Virus record (IMG/VR): IMGVR_UViG_3300036760_000504
Span: 1 to 53,893 of that record
DNA: 53,893 nucleotides
Reading direction: 5' to 3' (one strand)
DNA from: a virus
Lineage: Duplodnaviria > Caudoviricetes
Position numbers and translations under genes: made by a program. Shown piece after piece: positions 9,825 through 17,560 of this stretch. Below the pieces are notes generated by a model. The model searched no databases. It was not told where the DNA came from and was given only the letters and a program-made list of their open reading frames with translations. Numbering within the stretch: the stretch's first letter is position 1; each line of letters opens with the position of its first letter.

Positions 9825-10324
9825 GCCAGGAACCAGACTGGCTTAAAAACCAGGGGAGGATAGGTAAAATGGTTATCGGGCAAGATTTTATTGATCTTAA
9901 CATAACTCGGCTTGGTGAAGAATACATCTATGGAGCCGATGTAGACCTTGACGACCCTGACTGGCATGGGCCCTGGGATTGTGCTGAGAATGTTACTTGG
10001 GTCGTAAAGCAAAAGACCGGGAAAATTTATGGTGCTCTGGATCGTGATTCTGACAATCCTGATCCTTGGACCGGGGCATGGGCCAGCGATGTAAAGAAGG
10101 GGATCGTTAAAACCATCTCTATTAAACAAGCTGCTAAGACTCCTGGGGCTATTCTCCTGCGTTATCGACAAGGAAGTCACCATATCGTATTCAGCGTTGG
10201 TGATGGTCTTCGTACCATAGGCGCTCAGAACAGCGATGATGGAGTTGCTTATGGCAAGGTTGGATACTTATCAAGTTGGGATTACGGCATTTTAATTCCT
10301 GATGTTAAATATGAGGATGTGTAA
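9821..10324 (+). CDS. Putative endolysin, NlpC/P60-like Cys-His peptidase
   Basis: EEYIYGA..PWDCAE..PGAILLR..HHIVFSVGDG; flanked by membrane proteins. Confidence 0.7.
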   Translation: MSQEPDWLKNQGRIGKMVIGQDFIDLNITRLGEEYIYGADVDLDDPDWHGPWDCAENVTWVVKQKTGKIYGALDRDSDNPDPWTGAWASDVKKGIVKTISIKQAAKTPGAILLRYRQGSHHIVFSVGDGLRTIGAQNSDDGVAYGKVGYLSSWDYGILIPDVKYEDV

Positions 10325-10325
10325 A

Positions 10326-10514
10326 ATGAATCCAACTATCTGGTGGCAATCAAAACAACTTTGGGCTGCAGTTATTGTAGCAGTTGCAACGGCAGTCCAG
10401 GCTAAATATGGATTTGTTATCGACCCTGCTACTCAGGGATACATCGTGAGCGCTATCATGGTCATCTTACGGCTTGTTACTATTGGCCCGGTAGCGGCAA
10501 AGAAGGAACAGTAA
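10326..10514 (+). CDS. Putative holin
   Basis: 62 aa, WWQSKQLW motif, two TM segments, ILRLVT..PV basic tail. Confidence 0.7.
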   Translation: MNPTIWWQSKQLWAAVIVAVATAVQAKYGFVIDPATQGYIVSAIMVILRLVTIGPVAAKKEQ

Positions 10515-10616
10515 ATGGAATATGAATACGCTATATAGCAGAGTTTCAGGACTATGTTGATGCCTTGGAGAGAAGGATTGACCAATTAACCTATGACAAG
10601 TAAAGGAGAACTTACC

Positions 10617-11018
10617 ATGAAAAGACTTATGGTTATCGGCGTGGTTCTGGCCCTGCTCTTCGCGGGATGTGCTGGATTTGGCAAATTTTCAACCGGGGGG
10701 CAGTCAGCTATCGATTTTGTCTGTGCGCCGACTCCAGAACAACAAACCACAGCCACCACTATGCTTGCGGCCCTGGATGCAGCACAGGCCGCTGGTGCAA
10801 TTTTCTACCCGGCTCTCGGGATTGTCAAGGCGTCTGCCGTGTTGACTACGATTTCAGCCGGCGGATGCTTTCTCTTAACAGAGTTAGCTGAGGCATTCAA
10901 GGCTGTGGATGCTGCGAATGTCAGCACGGCTAAGGCTCGGGCTGCCAAAAGCACCGCCGCGGTTCTGGTATGGCAATTGCCTGAATACTCGCCGCTAAGA
11001 AATTTGCTGAAAAAGTGA
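10617..11018 (+). CDS. Lipoprotein (possibly spanin-like)
   Basis: MKRLMVIGVVLALLFAG-C lipobox; AAGGAG RBS; in lysis module. Confidence 0.65.
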   Translation: MKRLMVIGVVLALLFAGCAGFGKFSTGGQSAIDFVCAPTPEQQTTATTMLAALDAAQAAGAIFYPALGIVKASAVLTTISAGGCFLLTELAEAFKAVDAANVSTAKARAAKSTAAVLVWQLPEYSPLRNLLKK

Positions 11019-11093
11019 AGTTACATCGACCCGGGTGCTGGCAGACATGAGGTTTCTGCCGGTGTCCAGTTGATTGAAAGCGAGGAGAAAATA

Positions 11094-11870
11094 ATGAAGG
11101 ACTTTCTGGCAGTAGGCATAAACCACTTTCTCCGTCCAGGCAACGACCTCAACGGGTGCGTGGCGGATGCGGAAGCGATGTCCACCTTGTTTAAGGATGA
11201 TGTCGGAAAAGCATTCTTAAAAGATTCTCGGGCCACCAAAAAAAGGGTTTGGGATTGCCTACAGAAATTAGTGAATGAATCCCAATTAGGTAGGATATCT
11301 TACCTTGGCTTCTCCTATTCTGCTCACGGCACTCATTACCCCAGGCCAGAGGAAGCAGACGGGCTGGGTGAAGCCTTGTGCTGCTATGACACCGATGAAA
11401 AAGATGGGGACTGGAACCCAAACACTATCATCAAAGATGAGGAGTTGCGGGCCTTATTGAATCAAGTGCCGCTAACCTGCACCGTGGAGGTCTGGCTGGA
11501 TACCTGTTACAGTGGCGGGATGGACAGGGCTTTTGAGAACCATCCGACGCGCAACCGCTATATGCACAATCCGGGTAATACTGACAAGGTGCTCCGTCTA
11601 TCGAACAGTGCCATGAACCAAGGGCTCAACTCCAATATCATCATGTGGACAGCTTGCTCAGAGGCTCAGGAAAGCGCAGATGCTTGGATAAACGGCGGAA
11701 GCCACGGGGCCTTTACATGGTATTGGATTCAGGCTTTCCAGGCTAACCCCAAGGCCAGCCGGGTTGAATTGTTGTTAGCTACTAGGGCAGGATTAAGGGC
11801 TGGTGGGTTTGACCAGTTTCCCCGGTTAAAATGCTGGAACAAAGCAGCGCAGGAGGCGGTTGGAAATTGA
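11094..11870 (+). CDS. Caspase-family (peptidase C14) protease
   Basis: LAVGIN..NDLNGCVADA, YSAHG (catalytic His), LDTCYSG (catalytic Cys), ACSEAQESAD, HGAFT. Confidence 0.9.
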   Translation: MKDFLAVGINHFLRPGNDLNGCVADAEAMSTLFKDDVGKAFLKDSRATKKRVWDCLQKLVNESQLGRISYLGFSYSAHGTHYPRPEEADGLGEALCCYDTDEKDGDWNPNTIIKDEELRALLNQVPLTCTVEVWLDTCYSGGMDRAFENHPTRNRYMHNPGNTDKVLRLSNSAMNQGLNSNIIMWTACSEAQESADAWINGGSHGAFTWYWIQAFQANPKASRVELLLATRAGLRAGGFDQFPRLKCWNKAAQEAVGN

Positions 11871-11974
11871 AGTAGCCTACATCTCACCAGATCCCGATGA
11901 TCCAGGGGTAACGCCGATTTTCAGGCGGTTTTTAGCCTGAGGGGTGGGGTCGGGGGTCGGGGGGGAGTGCATGA

Positions 11975-12032
11975 GTTATGGTTAGCACACGCTAAACCAA
12001 AGTGCAAGATATTTTTTCGCACAGGCTAATTT
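11975..12032 (-). promoter_or_regulatory. Leftward PL-like promoter with two repressor operators
   Basis: Minus strand reads TTGCAC-17 bp-TAACCA; operators TTAGCACACGCTAA (11982-11995) and TTCGCACAGGCTAA (12016-12029). Confidence 0.65.
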
Positions 12033-12475
12033 TTTTTGGATGCTCTAAGAACCAGTATTTTTGTTTGGTATGGGGGTTGGATTAATTTCCTGGAAAGCAG
12101 GATTATCGGGGCTTCAATATATTTTAAATCGCCATCATCCGCAACTTTCAATATCACGTCTGCCAGCTTCATTATAAGGCCCTTCTCGTCTTTGTCCATG
12201 GCTTGGGAAATCCTGGCTATACCAATCTGCTCCGGCTCAACAGTCAACTTACAAGGCGATTTTCCCATAAGGGCGTAGGCTACCTGGAAAATTATTTTGA
12301 ACTGTGGCGCTGTCAATTTATTTCCCTTTTTATGATCAGTAACCGTAGGGGCCGATACTCCAGCCTGCTTCGCCAGATAATTTAGTTTCTGCCCCCGGGC
12401 TGCATATCTATTTAGCGCCTCCTCGTAATCGGCTAAAAATTTCTGGGCGGCTATCTCAGCTTTTGTCATGATCAA
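12026..12475 (-). CDS. CI-like repressor (XRE HTH)
   Basis: LNYLAKQAGVSAPTVTDHKKG HTH; divergent from a cro-like gene across operator repeats; no S24 peptidase domain visible. Confidence 0.7.
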   Translation of the reverse strand: MIMTKAEIAAQKFLADYEEALNRYAARGQKLNYLAKQAGVSAPTVTDHKKGNKLTAPQFKIIFQVAYALMGKSPCKLTVEPEQIGIARISQAMDKDEKGLIMKLADVILKVADDGDLKYIEAPIILLSRKLIQPPYQTKILVLRASKKN

Positions 12476-12478
12476 ACC

Positions 12479-12545
12479 TTAGCATAAACTAAATTAGCGC
12501 GGGCAAAAAAATATCTTGACAAGGCTGTTAGTGGGTGCTAACTAT
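12479..12545 (+). promoter_or_regulatory. OR-like region: three TTAGC-N4-GCTAA-type operators and a rightward promoter
   Basis: TTAGCATAAACTAA 12479-12492, TTAGCGCGGGCAAA 12494-12507, TTAGTGGGTGCTAA 12528-12541; TTGACA 12516-12521. Confidence 0.75.
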
Positions 12546-12551
12546 TTTGCC

Positions 12552-12815
12552 ATGAAACTATATGAATATTTTGAAAAGCATCGCATCACGTACACCGCCT
12601 GGGCCAGTGAAAATAAGTTGCCCGGATCATCTATATGTCTGCATTTGGCCTGGGAACGCGGTCTCTCTACGGGGCGTCGCCTCGGGTTTGATTTGTCCTG
12701 TGAGGCTGTCTTAGCTACCAACGGAGAGGTCACCCTTGCCGACCTGTGGCCAGAAAAGGTTGCGAAGCTGGAGAAAATCCACGGACTACCCCAGCCCGCC
12801 CCCTATGAGAGATAA
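12552..12815 (+). CDS. Cro-like regulator
   Basis: MKLYEYFEKH...ATNGEVTLADLWP, typical Cro/YdaS-like ends. Confidence 0.7.
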   Translation: MKLYEYFEKHRITYTAWASENKLPGSSICLHLAWERGLSTGRRLGFDLSCEAVLATNGEVTLADLWPEKVAKLEKIHGLPQPAPYER

Positions 12816-13133
12816 CTGGTGTTATGCAACTATGTCTCCCCCTCCCCCTCCGGCGCCAGCCCCGGAAACATCGCCTTGAGCATTTTCAGGGCGGCTTCGG
12901 CCTGGCGGACGCGTTTGTTTCTGGATAGGTGTTTGCAGTGGGGGCAGGTGGCCAGACAACGGATACAGGGGTGCAAGGTGACTGAGATTTTCATGGCCGG
13001 AATCGTAGTCCCCAAAGGGTTATTTTGCAATGGGTAAATATTTACAAGATTTGGCTCACTGGTTCTCCTGCTTAAACCATAACCGGGAAGGGAAAACACC
13101 CCTATCCTAAAATTCACTTGAACTTAGACACAC

Positions 13134-13463
13134 ATGGATGAATTAGCTGACGTTATCCAGAACCGCCGGGAACTCGTCAAGGGATGGCTATCCCGGACAT
13201 TGCTCAATGCCGGGTCCACCGGGATCACCGTTAGCCGGATTGCCGATGCCATGGGGCTCTCGGAATCCTCGCTTTATAAAAAGGCCAACACCGGCGAGGA
13301 ATCACAAAACCTTCACCTGGCCGATCTGATCCCGCTCTTATCGGAGACGCGGGATTTTTTTATTCTGCATGAGCTGGCCCGGGTGTTCGGGTTCGCACTC
13401 ATCCCTCTGGGTGAGCCGGTGGAGATGCTGCGAGAACTTTTGAAGGCTATGGAGAGGAAATAG
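13134..13463 (+). CDS. CII-like phage regulatory protein
   Basis: IADAMGLSESSLYKKAN HTH; ILHELARVFGFALIP; position after cro. Confidence 0.65.
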   Translation: MDELADVIQNRRELVKGWLSRTLLNAGSTGITVSRIADAMGLSESSLYKKANTGEESQNLHLADLIPLLSETRDFFILHELARVFGFALIPLGEPVEMLRELLKAMERK

Positions 13464-14477
13464 ATGGGTAATTCATCACTGGTTATCATAGAAAAGGCCG
13501 CGATGATGTTGGCAGAGGCCGACACTATTCAAAAATGCGTAGAATTGAAATCTTTGTTTCTGACATCCGCCGACTGGGCGCGGCGGAAAGGCATGGGAGA
13601 GACGGTTATAAAAACGGCCCGCAGTTATGCTATTCAGGCTGAAATCAAAATGGGGGAAATGCTGGCCGCCACCGAAAGGGCGAAGGGGGTTAAGGGACAA
13701 CTTAAAGGGAAAACTTCTGGCGGTACCCCCACGGTACTGCCAGAAAAAGACAAGGCAGCCCCCACCCTGGCCGAGATCGGCGTCAGCAAAAAGGAAGCTG
13801 CGGAGGCGCAATTTTTAGCAAAATTGCCTGATGAGATCAAATCTCAAGTAATCAATGGTGACAAATCCAAGGTGCAAGCAAAGCGGGAGGTCAAGGAAGC
13901 CAAACGAGAATCCCGGCGAGAAGAAAACCGCAAGGTTATAACCGAAATGCCTGAGTTGGCCTCTGTAATTGGAAAATTCGCTACCATCGTGATTGACCCT
14001 CCATGGGATTGGGGAGACGAGGGAGATGTAAACCAACTAGGGAGAGCAAAGCCAGATTATGCCACCATGTCACTTGAAGAGCTTTATGATTTCCCTGTAG
14101 GCGAAAAGGCTGACATTGATTGCCATTTATATTTATGGATAACAAATCGGTCGTTACCAAAAGGGTTCGGCTTGTTAGAGAAGTGGGGATTCAGGTATAT
14201 CACTTGCTTAACATGGTGCAAAGATCATTATGGAATGGGTAACTATTTCCGCGGGCAAACTGAACATATTCTTTTCGGGGTTAAGGGTTCACAGTCATTA
14301 AAACGAAAAGATGTGGGAACCTTCTTTAACGCACCTCGCCCCCGCCATGGTCACAGTTCAAAGCCAGATGAGTTCTATCAACTAATAGAATCATGCAGTC
14401 CAGGTCCTTATCTTGATATTTTTGGCCGGAAAGAAAGGATTGGTTGGATTATCTTTGGAGAGACCCTTGTCACCTAA
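13464..14477 (+). CDS. MT-A70 family N6-adenine DNA methyltransferase with helical N-terminal extension
   Basis: IVIDPPW, YATMSLEEL, HLYLWITN, GMGNYFRGQTEH, HSSKPDEFY, LDIFGR. Confidence 0.9.
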   Translation: MGNSSLVIIEKAAMMLAEADTIQKCVELKSLFLTSADWARRKGMGETVIKTARSYAIQAEIKMGEMLAATERAKGVKGQLKGKTSGGTPTVLPEKDKAAPTLAEIGVSKKEAAEAQFLAKLPDEIKSQVINGDKSKVQAKREVKEAKRESRREENRKVITEMPELASVIGKFATIVIDPPWDWGDEGDVNQLGRAKPDYATMSLEELYDFPVGEKADIDCHLYLWITNRSLPKGFGLLEKWGFRYITCLTWCKDHYGMGNYFRGQTEHILFGVKGSQSLKRKDVGTFFNAPRPRHGHSSKPDEFYQLIESCSPGPYLDIFGRKERIGWIIFGETLVT

Positions 14478-15141
14478 AACATACGACTTTAAGGATCGGC
14501 TGGGGTTAAGCCATGGCCACAGCCAATCGAAAAATATAAAGGAGATATTGCTTGCCCAAATACCTGGAGCACTGCAAGTAATTCCAGCGCATCTTAAAAA
14601 TGACAAACATGGAACTGATTGGTGGATTGAACACGCCACCGGAAAATTTTTAAGCGTAGACGTTAAGGTACGAGAAGAAGATTTTTCCTTAAAGCCAAAT
14701 GGTGGTGATGATTTAGCCTTGGAAACTTTTTCAGTAGTTGAAAAGCAAATAATCGGGTGGACCCGATCCGTAGACAAACAAACCGATTATATTTTGTGGT
14801 TGTGGATGGATAGTGGAAGATGGTGTCTCGTGCCATTCCCAATGCTATGCAAGGTTTTTGTTGATAATTGGCAAAGGTGGATAAAAATGTTTAGAAAAGC
14901 CACCCAACGAACACCGCAAGGAAATGGATTTTATACCAGTGAATGTATTTTTGTGCCCCGGCGCGAAGTGTGGTCTGAAATTTACCGGGTATATGGTGGA
15001 AATCCCAAAAGCTCCATTAATGGAACAACTGCAAACCAAACTGACCCTAAAATCCAGGAACCACCCCCAACCGAGGCCCAGGCCATGTTCTTTGAAGACA
15101 CCAAAACTCTGGACCAGCGAAACCAAAGGACACTATTTTGA
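14413..15141 (+). CDS. Putative PD-(D/E)XK nuclease (true start probably TTG 14467)
   Basis: DKHGTDWW...SVDVKVRE..DLALE motif; overlaps the MTase stop; AT-rich. Confidence 0.55.
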   Translation: MIFLAGKKGLVGLSLERPLSPKTYDFKDRLGLSHGHSQSKNIKEILLAQIPGALQVIPAHLKNDKHGTDWWIEHATGKFLSVDVKVREEDFSLKPNGGDDLALETFSVVEKQIIGWTRSVDKQTDYILWLWMDSGRWCLVPFPMLCKVFVDNWQRWIKMFRKATQRTPQGNGFYTSECIFVPRREVWSEIYRVYGGNPKSSINGTTANQTDPKIQEPPPTEAQAMFFEDTKTLDQRNQRTLF

Positions 15142-15267
15142 CCCGTCCGCGCCCCGACATCGAATACTACTACCGCTGCCATTGCAGCGCCATCCACTAC
15201 GGCGTTCGGTATCACGCCTGGTTCGTTTGTCTTAACTGTTGCAGGAAGGTTAGGGTGAGAGGGTAAT

Positions 15268-16236
15268 ATGGCGCGCACCAAAACCAACACCGTGGAATAT
15301 TTTCCCCACGTCGCCAAATCCGGGAAAACCCTATTCATTCTTGAAGGGAAATACGGGAATGACGGGTATGCTTTCTGGTTCAAATTATTAGAAATTTTGG
15401 CGTTTACAGAGGACCATTTTTACAACGCAGCAGCCGAAACCGACTGGCAATATTTTGTGGCCCGATCACGAGTAAGTGACATTTCTGCGACAGAAATGCT
15501 ATCACTTCTCGCCAATCTGGGGAATATTGACGCCGACCTATGGAAAAACCACAAAATTATATGGTGCCAGGCCCTAATTGACAACTTAGCGGAGGTTTAT
15601 CGCAAGAGAAAAAGAGATCTACCAACCAAGCCAAAACCACTTAACTGCGACAGAAATGAACATATCTGCGACAGAAATACCACAAGCGCCAACATTTCTA
15701 CCCCAGAAAGTACACAAAGTAAAGTAGAGGAGAGTAAAGGAAAGAACCCCCTTACCCCCTTTCAAAAAATCATCGACGCATGGAACACCCTGAAACCCGA
15801 ACTGCTACCCAAAGCCGAACTCACCGACAAGCGTAAACCGAAAATCAAAGCAGCCTGGAAAGAGCATCCCGACATAGCCTGGTTTGAGTCGCTCTTTGAC
15901 GACATCTCGCTTTCATCCTGGCATAGCCACCGGGACAGGTGGCAAGGATGCAGCTTTGACTGGATACTCAAAAACCGAACCGAGATGCGTGAGAAGCTGG
16001 ACGCCATCAAAAACAGCAACGGCGGGTCCCGGCATCCTCCGGCCAATGCCCCCCCGGATGAACCCAAGGATATTCTGGTGCCAGTCCCCCGGTGCCCCTA
16101 TTGCGGCGGCAAGGGAACTGTCCTGGCGCCCCCCGGGTCCCCTAACAAGTACGACACCTGCAAATGTCTTCACCCGGTAAACGAGGTTAAAAATGAGCCC
16201 AGTCAAGCCAGTCAAGCAACTGCCAGCGCCCAATAA
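15268..16236 (+). CDS. Replication initiator (DUF4373/Lin1244-like N-terminus, C-terminal CxxC Zn motif)
   Basis: VEYFPH..LEGKYGNDGYAFWFKLLE; SFDWILK; CPYCGGKG..CKC; directly upstream of DnaB. Confidence 0.8.
   Translation: MARTKTNTVEYFPHVAKSGKTLFILEGKYGNDGYAFWFKLLEILAFTEDHFYNAAAETDWQYFVARSRVSDISATEMLSLLANLGNIDADLWKNHKIIWCQALIDNLAEVYRKRKRDLPTKPKPLNCDRNEHICDRNTTSANISTPESTQSKVEESKGKNPLTPFQKIIDAWNTLKPELLPKAELTDKRKPKIKAAWKEHPDIAWFESLFDDISLSSWHSHRDRWQGCSFDWILKNRTEMREKLDAIKNSNGGSRHPPANAPPDEPKDILVPVPRCPYCGGKGTVLAPPGSPNKYDTCKCLHPVNEVKNEPSQASQATASAQ
15481..15710. repeat. Iteron-like repeats inside the initiator gene (probable origin)
   Basis: CTGCGACAGAAAT at 15485, 15645 and 15666; variant ATTTCTACCCCAGAAAG at 15694; first copy palindromic (ATTTCTG-CGA-CAGAAAT). 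Confidence 0.65.
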
Positions 16237-17560
16237 CGTCACGCCAATTTCGGCGGCTTACACGCCGCCGGCCAACCCCGAGGCCGAGCAGTCGGTGTTG
16301 GGGGCCATCCTGGTGCGCCCGGGGGTCCTGGACCTGGTGGCGGTGCTTATTACTCCTGCCGACTTCTACCGGGAGGCTCATGGCAACATCTACCAGGCCA
16401 TGCTGGATTTGCGGGACAGCGGCAAACCAGTGGATTTAGTGACCGTCACCGCCCTTTTGAAAGAGCGGGGAAAGCTGGAGGGGGCGGGGGGGCCGGTGTT
16501 CCTGGCCGGGCTCAGTGAGCAGGTGGGGTTTGCCACCAACGCCGAATATTACGCCCGGGTGGTCAAGGACAAGGCGAGGCTGCGGCGCTTCATTGACAAG
16601 ACGCAGGCGGTGACTGGCGCGGCCTTTGGCCCTCAGGAAAACGTCTCAGAATTTTTAGAGACTGCGGCCCAAGAGATTCTTGATTCTACCGGCAGCGCCC
16701 ATGAAAACGAGGCGGTGTCTCTCCAAACGATGGTGGAGACACAAAGCTCAGTAGTGGAGCAGCAGTTTTACGAGAAGGAACCAACCGGGATTCCGGTGGG
16801 CTACCTTGACCTGGGCCGGCTGATTTCATGGGAGCCTGGGGACCTGATCATCTTGGCGGCGCGCCCTAGCATGGGCAAGACCGCCCTGGCGCTCAACTTC
16901 ATGCTCAAAGTGGCGGCGGCCGGGTCCCATGCCGGCATTATCACCCTGGAAACCAGTAAGGAGAAGCTGACCCGGCGCTTCATGTCCATCATCGGCCGGA
17001 TCAACGGGCACCGGATGAACCAGGGGCGCCTTCAGGCCAGCGAATGGGTGCAGTTTGTCAAACTGAGGGAGCAGGTAGAGGGCCTGCCGATCTGGATAGA
17101 TGATACGCCCTCGCTGAACATTGCTGAGATACGGGCCCGGGCCAGGAACCAGCGCAAGGCTGGCCAGCTTGACTTCCTGGTGGTGGACTATCTGCAACTT
17201 GCCAAGCCCTTGAAGCGGGGCCGGAGCCGGGAGGAGGAAGTGGCTGAACTGAGCCGGGGCCTCAAGTCGCTGGCCAAAGAGCTCAACATCCCGGTCCTGG
17301 CGGTGTCGGCACTGAACCGCAAATTCGCCGAGCGGACGAACAAGCGGCCCCAGCGGTCGGATTTGCGGGAAAGTGGCGCCATTGAATTTGACGCTGACAA
17401 GATCATGTTTCTTTACCGGGAGGAGGAGGACAAGCCGAATGACGATAAGGTGCGGGGTATTGCCGAATTGGACGTGGACAAGCACAAAGACGGGCCGACG
17501 GGAAAGGTGAAGCTGGCCTTTCAGAAAGAGTTTTTCCGGTTCGAGGATCTGGCGCAATGA
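16193..17560 (+). CDS. dnaB: Replicative DNA helicase DnaB
   Basis: EAEQSVLGAIL, AARPSMGKT, VVDYLQL, SDLRESGAIEFDAD, KHKDGPTG. Confidence 0.95.
   Translation: MSPVKPVKQLPAPNNVTPISAAYTPPANPEAEQSVLGAILVRPGVLDLVAVLITPADFYREAHGNIYQAMLDLRDSGKPVDLVTVTALLKERGKLEGAGGPVFLAGLSEQVGFATNAEYYARVVKDKARLRRFIDKTQAVTGAAFGPQENVSEFLETAAQEILDSTGSAHENEAVSLQTMVETQSSVVEQQFYEKEPTGIPVGYLDLGRLISWEPGDLIILAARPSMGKTALALNFMLKVAAAGSHAGIITLETSKEKLTRRFMSIIGRINGHRMNQGRLQASEWVQFVKLREQVEGLPIWIDDTPSLNIAEIRARARNQRKAGQLDFLVVDYLQLAKPLKRGRSREEEVAELSRGLKSLAKELNIPVLAVSALNRKFAERTNKRPQRSDLRESGAIEFDADKIMFLYREEEDKPNDDKVRGIAELDVDKHKDGPTGKVKLAFQKEFFRFEDLAQ

Noticed and set aside
12819-13117. ORFs 12819-13037(+) and 12830-13117(-)
   Set aside because: No RBS or recognisable motif; cannot choose between them or support either.
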